Of a stretch of DNA of 64,000 bases, positions 1 through 10,328 are shown piece after piece. The DNA is taken from NCBI GenBank assembly GCA_036679645.1, contig JAZDCY010000060.1, positions 1-64,000 of the forward strand, read 5' to 3'. Within the stretch, counting starts at the first letter, position 1. Each line of letters begins with the position of its first letter. This DNA comes from Gemmatimonadota bacterium. GTDB taxonomy: Bacteria > Gemmatimonadota > Gemmatimonadetes > Gemmatimonadales > GWC2-71-9. The translations under genes and the position numbers were made by a program. The notes beneath the pieces are model-generated. The model did no database searches. It saw nothing but the letters and a program-made list of their open reading frames with translations, and was not told where the DNA came from.

Positions 1-968
1 TGGCCCTGGTTGGCGGAGGCCACCGTCGCATTCCGTCGCATCCCGATAGCGCCCGGGCGTTCGAGCGGCGTAGAGCCAAAGCGGTGGTCGAAGGTATCGT
101 CGTCGATGGTACGCATCTCGTCCAGGTCGAGGCGAGCCATGCTACCGTCCAGCGCCAACACCGGATCGGTCGACGCACGCGCGAACTTCGCGTTCCACGG
201 GCAGACGTCCTGGCAGACGTCACAGCCAAAGACCCAATCCCCCATCGATTTACCCAGCTCCTGCGGAATGGTCCCCCGGTACTCGATCGTCAGGTAGGAA
301 ATGCATCGTGTGGCGTCGAGCACGCGAGGCTCGACGAACGCGTCGGTTGGGCAGGCGTCGAGGCATCGGGTGCACGACCCGCACCTGTCAGCTTCGAACG
401 GTGGATCGATCGCCAAGCCTAAGCTCGTGAGGACAGTCCCTATGAAGAAGTACGAACCGCGGTCGGGGTCGAGCAGCATCGTGTTCTTCCCGATCCACCC
501 CAGCCCAGCTCGCTGGGCCAACTCGCGTTCCGGGAGCGGACCGGCATCGACGTAGGCGACCGCGATCGTGTCGGCGTTGCCAAGGGATCTGATAAACGTG
601 GCCAACCGGTCGAGCGGTTGGCGCAGGGTGACGTGATAGTCCGGTCCTCTGGCGTACTTGGCGACCCGTCCCGTTCCCCGCACGCGGTCGGCGGCAGGAT
701 CCGGGAGGAAGTAGTTCCGGGTGACGACGACAGCTCTCGTCGTGCCGGGCCGAATCGAGGCCGGGTTCTTCCTTCGATCGGCCTGCCGGTGCATATACGC
801 CATCGTTCCCGCCAGTCCGGCGTCCAGCCAGCGATCGAGGGCGTCTGCGTGGGGGACGGCACGCAGGTCAGTGATTCCGGTAGTCTCGAACCCCAACTCG
901 CGAGCGTGCTCCTTTACCAGGGCCGCCAGACGCGCGGCGGTCAGAGGCGCAGGAGCTTGCGCCGCCAC
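1..968 (-). CDS. queG: tRNA epoxyqueuosine(34) reductase (3' end runs off the window)
   Basis: Manual translation of the minus strand, absent from the ORF track: YARGPDYH, VDAGPLPERELAQRAGLGWIGKN, CGSCTRCLDACPT, CISYLTIE, FGCDVCQDVCPWN. GTG start at 968 is inferred. Confidence 0.93.
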   Translation of the reverse strand, partial: MAAQAPAPLTAARLAALVKEHARELGFETTGITDLRAVPHADALDRWLDAGLAGTMAYMHRQADRRKNPASIRPGTTRAVVVTRNYFLPDPAADRVRGTGRVAKYARGPDYHVTLRQPLDRLATFIRSLGNADTIAVAYVDAGPLPERELAQRAGLGWIGKNTMLLDPDRGSYFFIGTVLTSLGLAIDPPFEADRCGSCTRCLDACPTDAFVEPRVLDATRCISYLTIEYRGTIPQELGKSMGDWVFGCDVCQDVCPWNAKFARASTDPVLALDGSMARLDLDEMRTIDDDTFDHRFGSTPLERPGAIGMRRNATVASANQG

Positions 969-1309
969 TGGGCGAACCTGACGACATCAGCCACGAGCGG
1001 GACGGCATTTTCGTCGCCGTAGGCGGTGTACATCCGCCAGCGCACGTAGGATCGAGGTGGTACGGGAAGAAACGGCGGCCGCGCGTACCAACGCCGCGCG
1101 CGAAATGCCCACACTAGGCTCATCAGATCCAGAGCCAGGCGCGGGCGGATCACGGCGCGCATGACGAGAGCCACCGCCAGTGGCAGCCAACTCCCGTCGT
1201 AGGGGGAAGGAGGATGATGGACAACGTTTTGCAAGTCGTCTCCCTGGCCGGAGCGGTACTCGTGCTCGGGGCCTTCCTCGCCCTCCAGCGCGGGTGGTGG
1301 GCGAGTCAC
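941..1309 (-). CDS. hypothetical protein (true start probably downstream of 1309)
   Basis: Protein-like C-terminal part (WYARPPFLPVPPRSYVRWRMYTAYG); overlaps the queG start. Confidence 0.6.
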   Translation of the reverse strand: MTRPPPALEGEEGPEHEYRSGQGDDLQNVVHHPPSPYDGSWLPLAVALVMRAVIRPRLALDLMSLVWAFRARRWYARPPFLPVPPRSYVRWRMYTAYGDENAVPLVADVVRFAQWRRKLLRL

Positions 1310-1483
1310 GGTCGTGGGTACCTCTGGTCTAATTTCGTGGGCGCGGTCCTCTTGGTGCTAGTCGCCACGCTCGACGGCCGGATGGGCTTCATTCTGCTCG
1401 AGGGCGCGTGGGCGGCAGTGTCCCTACTGTCGATCATCCAGGCTCAGGGCCCTACGCCGCCGCCGGAGCCGGGAGTGCCCTGA
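1214..1483 (+). CDS. small membrane protein, CBU_0592-like
   Basis: Three hydrophobic helices, Y-x-x-x-N-F-V-G-A and GFILLEGAW motifs; AGGAGG RBS. Confidence 0.75.
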   Translation: MMDNVLQVVSLAGAVLVLGAFLALQRGWWASHGRGYLWSNFVGAVLLVLVATLDGRMGFILLEGAWAAVSLLSIIQAQGPTPPPEPGVP

Positions 1484-1500
1484 GTGTATATTGCGCCCCA

Positions 1501-2652
1501 ATGACCCTAGCCAGCACCGCTTCTGCGCATCCGCTCGCCCATTATCGGCAAGAGTTTCCCATCTTCGAGCGCAAGATCTATCTGAACTCATGCTCTCTAG
1601 GTGCACTTTCGCAACGCTCGCGCGCGCAGCTCGGTCGGTTCCTCGACGAATGGGACGCTCGAGGGGCTGCTGCGTGGTACGACGCGTGGCTGGCGCGGCT
1701 GGCCGACCTCCGTCAGGCGTACGGGGCCGTGATCGGTGCCAAGGAGACGGAAATTGCCCTGCACGCGTCGGTGTCCACCGCAACGGCCGTGTTGGGCAGC
1801 GGGATCGACTACCGCAGCCGTCCCAAGGTTGTCACCACCTCGCTCGATTTTCCAACCATCGTCTATCAATGGCTGGTAAAAGAGCCTACTGGTGTCGAAC
1901 TCGTAGTGGTGCAGAGTCCGGACGGCGTGACCGTTCCCGTCGATCTGATTGCCGAAGCCATCGACGAGCGCACGGCGCTGGTCGCGACGTCTCACGTGTA
2001 TTTCACGACGGGCGCGATCCAGGACATTCGCGCCGTTGCCGAGGCAGCACACTCCAAGGGTGCGCTCTGTTTCATCGACGCCTACCAGAGCGTGGGTCAG
2101 ATCCCCTTGGAGGTGCATGCCACCGGCGTTGACTTCCTCTGTGCCGGCGGGCTCAAGTGGTTACTCGGCGGAACGGGGATAACGTTTCTTTATGTGCGCG
2201 AGGACCAAATTGCCTCGTTTGAGCCCACGGTGACCGGGTGGTTCGCGAACGCACGCCAACTCGAGTTCGATGCATCAGCTATTGACTGGCACGAGAGCGC
2301 CCGCCGCTTCGAGATGGGAACGCCGTCGCTCCCCGCCGTACACACCCAGTTGGGCGGATTGGAGCTAATCCGCGAGATCGGCGTGCCCGCCATCCGCGAG
2401 GTCGTGAGTGGTCTGGTGGAGGACCTGGTCGACCGGGCCCGCGCCGCCGGTCGGCCGGCACGGACGGCAGCGACACCGGAACAGCGATCTGGTATTGTCA
2501 CGATCCCATCCGACGATCCCGATCGGGATGTAGCGCGGCTGGCCGAATATGGAATCGTGACCGACGCACGGCCGGGCCACGTGCGAGTCTCACCGTTCTT
2601 TTACAACACGGTTGAGGATAGCGCCGCCGCCCTCGATGTCCTCAAGTCCTAG
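1501..2652 (+). CDS. aminotransferase class V PLP enzyme (kynureninase/cysteine desulfurase-like)
   Basis: YLNSCSLG, IDAYQSVG, GGLKWLLGG (PLP lysine), RFEMGTP, RVSPFFYNT. Confidence 0.88.
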   Translation: MTLASTASAHPLAHYRQEFPIFERKIYLNSCSLGALSQRSRAQLGRFLDEWDARGAAAWYDAWLARLADLRQAYGAVIGAKETEIALHASVSTATAVLGSGIDYRSRPKVVTTSLDFPTIVYQWLVKEPTGVELVVVQSPDGVTVPVDLIAEAIDERTALVATSHVYFTTGAIQDIRAVAEAAHSKGALCFIDAYQSVGQIPLEVHATGVDFLCAGGLKWLLGGTGITFLYVREDQIASFEPTVTGWFANARQLEFDASAIDWHESARRFEMGTPSLPAVHTQLGGLELIREIGVPAIREVVSGLVEDLVDRARAAGRPARTAATPEQRSGIVTIPSDDPDRDVARLAEYGIVTDARPGHVRVSPFFYNTVEDSAAALDVLKS

Positions 2653-3385
2653 ACGCCGCCGGCGCCAGACCGACACCGCAGACTACCAGCTTCTGGCTGC
2701 GCCACCCGTCGCGGAACGCCGGGAGTTCACGAGCACCGATCCGTGGCGTGTGTTTCGCATCATGGGCGAATTCGTCGACGGTTTCGACGCCCTCGCCGAT
2801 GTTCGGAACGCGGTCTCCGTCTTCGGCTCCGCTCGCGTTGCGGAGGACGACCCGTGGTATCAAAAGGCGCGCGAGACCGCGAGGCTCCTGGGAGAGGCGG
2901 GCTTCGCCGTCATTACGGGTGGTGGACCGGGCATCATGGAGGCGGCAAACCTCGGTGCGCGTGAGGCCGGCACACTGTCCATTGGGCTCAATATCGAACT
3001 TCCCCATGAGCAGTACGTAAACCCGCACGTCGATCGCGAGTTGGACTTCCGCTATTTTTTCGTGCGCAAGACGATGTTCGTGAAGTACTCTTCTGCGTTT
3101 GTCGTCTTTCCCGGGGGCTTCGGTACGCTGGATGAGCTGTTCGAGTCGCTCACCCTGATTCAGACGGAGAAGATCGAGCACTTTGTAGTCGTGCTGATGT
3201 CGACAGAGTACTGGGGCGGTTTGCTGGAGTGGTTGCGGGAACGTGTGCTCGGGCAAGAGAAGATCGCTGCTGCCGATATGGATCTGGTGCATCTGACGGA
3301 CGATCCGCAGGAAGCGGTACGGATCATCGTCGACGGCGAGCGACGCTCGGGTCGGCGTGCGGGCAAGACAACCGCGAATCCATAA
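2636..3385 (+). CDS. LOG family protein (TIGR00730 Rossmann fold)
   Basis: [37 protein letters not shown]. Confidence 0.92.
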   Translation: MSSSPRRRRRQTDTADYQLLAAPPVAERREFTSTDPWRVFRIMGEFVDGFDALADVRNAVSVFGSARVAEDDPWYQKARETARLLGEAGFAVITGGGPGIMEAANLGAREAGTLSIGLNIELPHEQYVNPHVDRELDFRYFFVRKTMFVKYSSAFVVFPGGFGTLDELFESLTLIQTEKIEHFVVVLMSTEYWGGLLEWLRERVLGQEKIAAADMDLVHLTDDPQEAVRIIVDGERRSGRRAGKTTANP

Positions 3386-3396
3386 GGACACGTCGT

Positions 3397-4539
3397 ATGG
3401 GTAATGAGCAGAAGAGTCGGTTCTTGGCGGGACCCACGATCGACCCGACCCCGATTGTGGGGAAAGAAACGGTCGCCGAGTTGATCGATAACGTTTTTCT
3501 TGCGTACAACGCAGGGAGGCTGCGCGAGGCCTGCCGGCTGTTCACGGAGCGGATGCTGGCGAACGATGGGACGGTAGGGATGAGCCTGACGGGGGCCATG
3601 ACGCCCGCCGGCCTTGGTATGTCCACAATCATCCCGCTCATCGAGGCGGGGTTTGTCGACTGGATCGTCTCCACCGGCGCAAATCTCTATCACGACGCCC
3701 ACTTTGCGCTGGGATACTCACTGCACCAGGGGCGTCCCGATGCGGACGATATTGCCCTGCGAGAGGAGGGGGTGGTTCGGATCTACGACGTCTTCGTCGA
3801 TTACCATGCGCTGCTCCAGACGGATGTGTTCATCCGGGAAGTGTCCAAGGAGCCCGAATTCCAGCGATCCATGTCGACGGCAGAGTACCACTATCTACTT
3901 GGGAAATACCTGCGCGAGCGGGAGCAATCCTTGGGACTGAGTCAGAAGTCAGTCCTGAGCACGGCGCACGAGTACGCGGTCCCGGTGTACACGTCATCGC
4001 CCGGCGATTCGTCGATTGGCATGAACGTGGCCGAGATCGCGCTCGACGGATACAAGTGTTCCTATGATGTGTCGGCCGACGTGAATGAGACGGCAGCGAT
4101 CGTGCTCGATGCGAAGGGCGATGACGGAACGAGTGGCGTGCTCATCGTGGGTGGTGGGAGCCCAAAGAACTTCGTGCTGCAGACGGAACCGCAGATCCAA
4201 GAGGTGCTGGGGATTGATGAGGTGGGACACGACTACTACCTGCAGATCACAGACGCACGTCCCGATACTGGCGGTCTATCTGGCGCGACGCCGGCGGAAG
4301 CTGTGAGCTGGGGCAAAGTGGATCCAGACCGGTTGCCCGACGCGGTCGTGACATACATGGACTCGACGGTTGGGCTGCCGCTGCTTACGTGCTACGCACT
4401 GGCGAAACACCCGCCGCGCGCGCCGAAACGTCTGTTTGAGCGACGGGAAGAGATGATGGACCGGTTGCGCGAGGCCTATCATGCGGCACGAGATTTTCGC
4501 GACAAACGCGCGCACGCAAGGGCGCTTCCGGGCATCTAG
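3397..4539 (+). CDS. deoxyhypusine synthase family protein (homospermidine synthase-like)
   Basis: [42 protein letters not shown]. Confidence 0.9.
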   Translation: MGNEQKSRFLAGPTIDPTPIVGKETVAELIDNVFLAYNAGRLREACRLFTERMLANDGTVGMSLTGAMTPAGLGMSTIIPLIEAGFVDWIVSTGANLYHDAHFALGYSLHQGRPDADDIALREEGVVRIYDVFVDYHALLQTDVFIREVSKEPEFQRSMSTAEYHYLLGKYLREREQSLGLSQKSVLSTAHEYAVPVYTSSPGDSSIGMNVAEIALDGYKCSYDVSADVNETAAIVLDAKGDDGTSGVLIVGGGSPKNFVLQTEPQIQEVLGIDEVGHDYYLQITDARPDTGGLSGATPAEAVSWGKVDPDRLPDAVVTYMDSTVGLPLLTCYALAKHPPRAPKRLFERREEMMDRLREAYHAARDFRDKRAHARALPGI

Positions 4540-4650
4540 GGCGCAGTACCTCAATGAGCCCGGTACCGTGGTTGACGAGGAAGCGGGCTGCATTGGCGCT
4601 CGCGATGCAGTGCTCTACTACACCGCCATCGTATACCTCTTTCGGCTGCT

Positions 4651-6333
4651 CTAGACGGCGGGAAAAGTCGACTCCTGCGCCTCGGCGAGTTCTGCCCGGA
4701 AGGTGTTCGCGCGCTGAACCTGTTCCAGGTACGCCGACAGCTCTGACGCCTTGCGTGCACCATCCCAGCCCGCCTCCTCCCCTACGAGGTCAACCAAGCC
4801 GGCCGCTTCAGCGGCGGCGTTCCCCAGCACCTCGAAGAAGACGTGTGTCCGGCGCATCATCAGGTCGCAGAGCGTCACGGCCATCTCGCGGCGCAGCGCA
4901 TGGACCAACTCCGCGCGGATGGCGGGGTGACCGCCCGCGATTGGCTCCGCCAGCCGGGGATCCTCTCTAGCCAGTCGGGCGACGGCGGGCGTCTCACTTC
5001 CGAACGCATGTACCAGGTGATGGGCCGTAGCTGGCTCGATGCCTTCGCGTTCGGCTTCGGCGATCAGAATGTCCAGGTCGGCTACCTCGCCACCCGGGAG
5101 GGGGGTGGTGTCGGTCGGCGCGCGTGGGGGAATGGATCGACCGTCGAGCGCGCGTAGCGCCACGGTCACGCGATCGACGATCTGCCTGCTCATCTCCCGA
5201 TACGTGGTGAGTTTCCCCCCGACGATCGAAAGCATCCCCGCCTGCTCGATGATCTTGTGCTCGCGCCTGACCTCGGAGGGCGCGGCGTCCTTGGGCGGGC
5301 GGAGCAACGGCCGCAGCCCGGCCCATGTGCCAATCACGTCGTCGGCCTGCAGCCGCGCATCCGGAAAGACGGCGTTGGCCGATCGCAGCAGATACACGAC
5401 GTCTTCCCCAGTAGCGCGAACGTCTTCCGGCGCTCCGGCATAGTCGGTATCCGTCGTGCCTACGTAGGTGAACGGTCCCCAGGGAAGCACGAACATGACG
5501 CGCCCGTCGATGGGCGAGATCAAGGTGATCGCTTCGGTATTCGCGACTCGGGCGCGCGAGACGATGACGTGGACGCCTTTGGTGGGGCGGAGCATGCGAC
5601 GCCCGTCGTCTCGCAGCATGTCCGACCACGGGCCGGTCGCGTTCACGACCACGTCCGCGTGCACGCTGCGAGTCTCCCCTGTCATCCGATCGGTCACGCG
5701 CGCGCCCCGGACGCGGCCTTCCGCGTACTCGAGCTGCTCCACCTCCGCATAATTGGCCACGAGGGCGCCGTGGCGGTGGGCGTCCCGGGCATTTGCCAGC
5801 GTCAACCGCGCGTCGTTACACTGAGCGTCCCAGTAGCGCGCTCCACCGATCAGCTCGTTGGGGCGGAGACCCGGCTGCGCCCGCAGCATGGCCCGCTTGC
5901 TGAGCCATCGATGGCGGCCCACATTCTTGAAGAGCGCGAGGAGGTCATAGATCCACATGCCGGCCGCGAGCTTCCAGCGCGGCACGCGGCCGCCGGCGAA
6001 CAGCGGGAAGAGAAACGCGCACGGCCACACGAGATGGGGAGCGATGCGGAGCAGCGTCCGCCGCTCCCGACTGGCCTCGAAGACCAGGCCGATATCGCCC
6101 ATCTCGAGATAGCGCAGGCCGCCGTGAACGAGGCGCGAAGAGCGGCTGCTGGTACCGGAGGCAAAATCGTCGCGCTCGACGAGGGCAGTCCGCAGCCCGC
6201 GCATCGCCGCATCACGCGCGATCCCGGCGCCGGTAATACCGCCGCCGATGATGAGAACATCGAGCGGTTTGTGGGCCATGGCGACCAGATGGGCCGCTCT
6301 GGTGTCAACGGAGAAGGGGGAGGGGGAGGCCAC
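4651..6333 (-). CDS. glpD: FAD-dependent glycerol-3-phosphate dehydrogenase/oxidase
   Basis: IIGGGITGAG, DFASGTSSRSSRLVHGGLRYL, WAGLRPL, GGKLTTYR. Start may be 6279. Confidence 0.93.
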   Translation of the reverse strand: MASPSPFSVDTRAAHLVAMAHKPLDVLIIGGGITGAGIARDAAMRGLRTALVERDDFASGTSSRSSRLVHGGLRYLEMGDIGLVFEASRERRTLLRIAPHLVWPCAFLFPLFAGGRVPRWKLAAGMWIYDLLALFKNVGRHRWLSKRAMLRAQPGLRPNELIGGARYWDAQCNDARLTLANARDAHRHGALVANYAEVEQLEYAEGRVRGARVTDRMTGETRSVHADVVVNATGPWSDMLRDDGRRMLRPTKGVHVIVSRARVANTEAITLISPIDGRVMFVLPWGPFTYVGTTDTDYAGAPEDVRATGEDVVYLLRSANAVFPDARLQADDVIGTWAGLRPLLRPPKDAAPSEVRREHKIIEQAGMLSIVGGKLTTYREMSRQIVDRVTVALRALDGRSIPPRAPTDTTPLPGGEVADLDILIAEAEREGIEPATAHHLVHAFGSETPAVARLAREDPRLAEPIAGGHPAIRAELVHALRREMAVTLCDLMMRRTHVFFEVLGNAAAEAAGLVDLVGEEAGWDGARKASELSAYLEQVQRANTFRAELAEAQESTFPAV

Positions 6334-6889
6334 GGAGCTATTCAGTCGACGGTCCCGACGGCGCGGAACGCCGCCGAGTGCGTGGTTCTCGTGGCACGCG
6401 CGGATCTTCGGTCCGCGGGTCCGGGTGCTGGATATTGCGTGCGGAGCCGGTCGTCATTCGCTGCTCGCCGCGGAACTCGGTGCAGAGGTCGTCGCGGCCG
6501 ATTCGGATGGAGAGGCCATCTCCATCCTCGAGAAGGAAGCGGCACGGCGGAAGCTGGCCATCAAGTGTCTGCACCTCGATCTGGCAAGCAGCGACATCAC
6601 GCCCGAATCCTTTGACGTCGTGATGATGTTCAACTACTTGGACCGCGCACGCTTTGCGGAATTTCGCAACGCGGTGCGTCCCGGCGGATACTTCCTCGCG
6701 GAGACCTTCCTCGAGGGGCAAAAGGAACAGGGTTGGGGACCGAAGTCGGACGATCACCTGCTGAAGTACGGCGAGTTGCTCGACCTGGTGGCCCCGTTCG
6801 ACGTGGTCCTTTCTCGGGAAGTCCTCGAAATGGTCGATGGCCGACCCGCGTCGGTAGCCAGCGTGCTGGCGCAACGGCCGCCGAAATGA
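6248..6889 (+). CDS. class I SAM-dependent methyltransferase (TehB-like)
   Basis: VLDIACGAGRH, FDVVMMFNYLDR, RPGG. Start uncertain, probably after 6279. Confidence 0.82.
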   Translation: MMRTSSGLWAMATRWAALVSTEKGEGEATELFSRRSRRRGTPPSAWFSWHARIFGPRVRVLDIACGAGRHSLLAAELGAEVVAADSDGEAISILEKEAARRKLAIKCLHLDLASSDITPESFDVVMMFNYLDRARFAEFRNAVRPGGYFLAETFLEGQKEQGWGPKSDDHLLKYGELLDLVAPFDVVLSREVLEMVDGRPASVASVLAQRPPK

Positions 6890-6948
6890 TGGCCTTTTTG
6901 GGGCGCCAGCGCTACCACGATCTCGGTCAACGCGTGTAGCTTCCGGAG

Positions 6949-8200
6949 ATGACCGTGTCCAACACCGGACGCCGGGTGGCGGTGATCGACGGGTGCCGCA
7001 CGCCGTTCTGCAAGTCCGGCACCGTTCTAAGAGATGTCTCCGCCGTCGATCTCGCCCGGCACGCAACGATAGAACTTCTCCACCGAGCAGAGCTGGACGG
7101 CTCTCTGGTGGACGAGATGTATTTCGGACAGGTAGTGGCCAGTCCGTTGGCGCCGAACCTTGCGCGCGAAGTCAGTTTGCTCCCCCAGTTTCCCAAGGAT
7201 ATCCCGGCGGCGTCGGTCAATCGCGCGTGTGCATCGTCGAACACGGCGGTCTCCATGGGATTCGACCAGATCGCGGCCGGTCGCGCCGACGTGGTCATTG
7301 CCGGCGGAGGGGAGAACCTCTCCGACATCCCCATTCTTCATTCACGCCGTTTTGCGGATCTCCTCCTAGGGTTGAGCAAAGCGAAGACACTGGGGCATCG
7401 CCTGCGACTCGTCTCGGGATTCCGGCCACGCGACTTGGTTCCCGTGACGCCGGCGATCGCCGAGCCTTCGACCGGCGAGTCCATGGGGCAGTCGGCCGAG
7501 AAGATGGCAAAGGAGAACGGGATAAGCCGGCAAGCGCAGGACGAGTGGGCACTGGTGAGCCACGCGCGCGCACACGCGGCGACCGAAGACGGCAGATTGC
7601 TGGCAGAAATCGCTCCGTATTTCCCCGCCCGCGGAATCCCGATCGATCGCGACAACGGCGTCCGCTTTCGACCGCAAGCACGGCTCGGTGACCGCCGGCA
7701 ATGCATCGCCCCTCACCGACGGCGGATCGGCGGTTCTACTCATGAGCGAGGAACGGGCACTGGCGCTGGGGTACGCTCCGCGGGCCTTCATTCGCTCGTA
7801 CGCGGTTGCGGCGGTCGATCCCGGCTGGCAGTTGTTGATGGGGCCGGCCTTTGCGGTCCCGATGGCGCTGGATCGAGCGGGCCTCGCCTTGCGCGACATC
7901 GGCGTGATCGAGATGCACGAGGCGTTCGCGTCTCAGGTGCTCTCGAACATCCAGGCGTTCGAATCCCAAGCATGGGCAGAGGAGCACCTCGGGCGCAGCG
8001 AACGCGTAGGCGAGGTGGATCGCGAGATCCTGAACGTCATGGGCGGGTCCTTGGCCATCGGGCATCCGTTCGGTGCGACCGGTGGACGACTCACCTTCAC
8101 ATTGGCGAACGAGATGCAGCGGCGCGGGGCTCAGTTCGGCCTCATCTCGGTCTGCGCGCAAGGCGGGATGGGGTTCGCCATGGTTCTGGAGCAGCCATGA
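6949..8200 (+). pseudogene. fadI: acetyl-CoA C-acyltransferase FadI, frameshifted near 7666 (real lesion or assembly error)
   Basis: N-half (RTPF, VNRACASS, MGQSAEKMA, DNGVR) is in one frame. C-half (FDRKHGSVTAGNASPLTDG, HEAFA, GHPFGATG, CAQGG) is in another. The stop overlaps the fadJ start (ATGA). Confidence 0.85.
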
Positions 8201-10326
8201 CCGCGCTTACCACCGAGGTGTTGGACGGCATTGCGCGGCTCGTGCTCGATCTCGAAGGCGAGTCCGTCAACAAGATCTCACGTGAGGTCCGCGACGAACT
8301 CGGGGAAGCCCTGGATCGGATCGAACGGGACGGCGACATCCAGGCGGCCGTACTCATATCGGGAAAGCCGGGCAGCTTCATTGCCGGCGCTGACATCGAC
8401 GAGTTTGTGGCCCTCCGTTCGCGTGATGAGGCGCGAACGCTGGTACGAACCGGGCAGACACTCGTAAACCGGATGGGATCGACCGGGAAACCGATCGTGG
8501 CCGCGATACACGGGACGTGTGTGGGGGGAGGCTTCGAGGCCACGCTCGCGTGCACCTACCGCATCGCCACTGATGACTCCGCTACAAAGATCGGCCTGCC
8601 GGAGGTACAACTCGGGATCATTCCTGCCGCGGGTGGTTGCCAGCGTCTTCCCAGGCTCATCGGTGCGCAGGCAGCGCTCGACATCATCCTCGCGGGAAAA
8701 ACGGTACCGGCAGCGTCGGCGTACCGTCGTGGAATGGTCGATGATCTCGTGCACCCGGCTATTCTGGAAAGGGTCGCGCTGGAAGCGGCGCGGCGGCTTG
8801 CCGGTGGATGGCGCCCTCAGCGTCGCAAGCGGGGTGGCGTGCGTCGCGTCGCGCTGGAGGGGAATCCGCTCGGGCGCCGTCTGTTGTTCCGGATTGCGCG
8901 CAAACAGGTGCTCGAGCGCACCGGCGGCAACTACCCGGCGCCGCTGGCCGCACTCGAAGCGGTACAGCACGGTTTATCGTACGGCATCGAGGCCGGGCTC
9001 GACATGGAGGCCGCCCATTTCGCAGACCTTGCGGTGGGCGACGTGTCGCGAGAGTTGGTCGGCATCTTTTTCGCCACCACAGCCATGAAAAGGGACGCGG
9101 GTGTCCCCGATCCGCCGGAGCCCAAGCCGATAGGACAACTTGCCATTGCGGGCGCCGGATTCATGGGCAGTGGTATTGGGGGAACAGCGGTACTTCGTGC
9201 AGGCGTTGATGTGCGGTTCAAGGACGCGAACCTCGACGCGGTTGGGAAAGGCCTCGCGGCCGCGCGCAAGATGCTCGACAAGCGCAAGAAGCGCCGACGG
9301 ATTACCAGGTACGAGCACCGGCGCAAGATCTCGTTGATCTCCGGCGGCGTTGACTGGTCGGGATTCCAGCGGGCAGATCTGGTGGTCGAGGCAGTACCGG
9401 AGGACCTCGAAATCAAGCGCGCGGTGTTTCGGGATCTCGAGCAACACACTCGCGCCGACTGTGTGCTCGCCTCGAACACGAGCACGATTCCCATCGAGCA
9501 GATTGCCGCGGCGACGGGACATCCGGAGCGCGTATTGGGAATGCACTTCTTCTCGCCCGTTGAGAAGATGCCGTTGCTCGAGGTGATCGTGACGGAAACG
9601 ACGGCGCCGTGGGCCATCGTCACGGCAGTGTCCTTCGGTCGCGAGATGGGCAAGACAGTGATCGTGGTACGAGATTGCGCCGGGTTCTGGGTGAACCGCA
9701 TCTTGGCGCCGTATCTCAATGAGGCGGGACGCCTGGTGACCGAGGGTGTTCGCATCGATGTGCTCGATGCTCGGATGACGAAGTTCGGTTTCCCTGTCGG
9801 TCCGGTGAATCTCATGGACGAGGTCGGGCTCGACGTGGGGCAAAAAGCAGTGCAGGTGCTGCACGAGGCATTCGGCGATCGCATGAAACCGGCGGCTGGC
9901 ATCGATGCCTTGGTACGTGACAAGCGGTTGGGCCGGAAGACGGGACGCGGGTTCTACCTGTATGAAGGTGGGAAGAAGCGTGGCGTCGATGAGTCGGTGT
10001 ATGCCATCGTGGGGGCGGCGAGCGATTCCACCGTACACGAGGACGACATCGACCGGCGCCTCATGTACGTAATGCTGAACGAGGCCGCGCGCGCGCTGGA
10101 CGAAGGTGTCGTACGCTCGGCGCGAGACGGTGACATCGCAGCGATCTTCGGATTCGGCTTCCCGCCGTTCCGCGGCGGTCCCATGCGCTACATGGATCGG
10201 ATCGGCATCCGCCAGACCGTCGAGACACTGCAGGAACTCGAGCACCTGTATGGCGACCGGTTCACGCCCGCCCCGGCGTTGGTCCGCATGGCAGATGCGG
10301 GCGACCGCTTCTACTCCGACAACTAG
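8197..10326 (+). CDS. fadJ: fatty acid oxidation complex alpha subunit (enoyl-CoA hydratase/3-hydroxyacyl-CoA dehydrogenase)
   Basis: FIAGADI, GGGFE, GLPEVQLGIIP, GAGFMGSGI, ASNTSTIPI, GMHFFSPV, GFGFPPFRGGP. Confidence 0.93.
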   Translation: MTALTTEVLDGIARLVLDLEGESVNKISREVRDELGEALDRIERDGDIQAAVLISGKPGSFIAGADIDEFVALRSRDEARTLVRTGQTLVNRMGSTGKPIVAAIHGTCVGGGFEATLACTYRIATDDSATKIGLPEVQLGIIPAAGGCQRLPRLIGAQAALDIILAGKTVPAASAYRRGMVDDLVHPAILERVALEAARRLAGGWRPQRRKRGGVRRVALEGNPLGRRLLFRIARKQVLERTGGNYPAPLAALEAVQHGLSYGIEAGLDMEAAHFADLAVGDVSRELVGIFFATTAMKRDAGVPDPPEPKPIGQLAIAGAGFMGSGIGGTAVLRAGVDVRFKDANLDAVGKGLAAARKMLDKRKKRRRITRYEHRRKISLISGGVDWSGFQRADLVVEAVPEDLEIKRAVFRDLEQHTRADCVLASNTSTIPIEQIAAATGHPERVLGMHFFSPVEKMPLLEVIVTETTAPWAIVTAVSFGREMGKTVIVVRDCAGFWVNRILAPYLNEAGRLVTEGVRIDVLDARMTKFGFPVGPVNLMDEVGLDVGQKAVQVLHEAFGDRMKPAAGIDALVRDKRLGRKTGRGFYLYEGGKKRGVDESVYAIVGAASDSTVHEDDIDRRLMYVMLNEAARALDEGVVRSARDGDIAAIFGFGFPPFRGGPMRYMDRIGIRQTVETLQELEHLYGDRFTPAPALVRMADAGDRFYSDN

Positions 10327-10328
10327 GA

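Noticed and set aside
5257..6615. Long antisense ORFs (also 8974-10245, 18907-20082, 43460-44746, 50538-51638, 52040-53158)
   Set aside because: These are shadow frames of well-supported genes in high-GC DNA and carry no family motifs.
6949..10326. 1125-aa FadI-FadJ fusion protein
   Set aside because: The middle ~175 aa is the off-frame reading of the thiolase C-half; fadJ has its own ATG overlapping the fadI stop.
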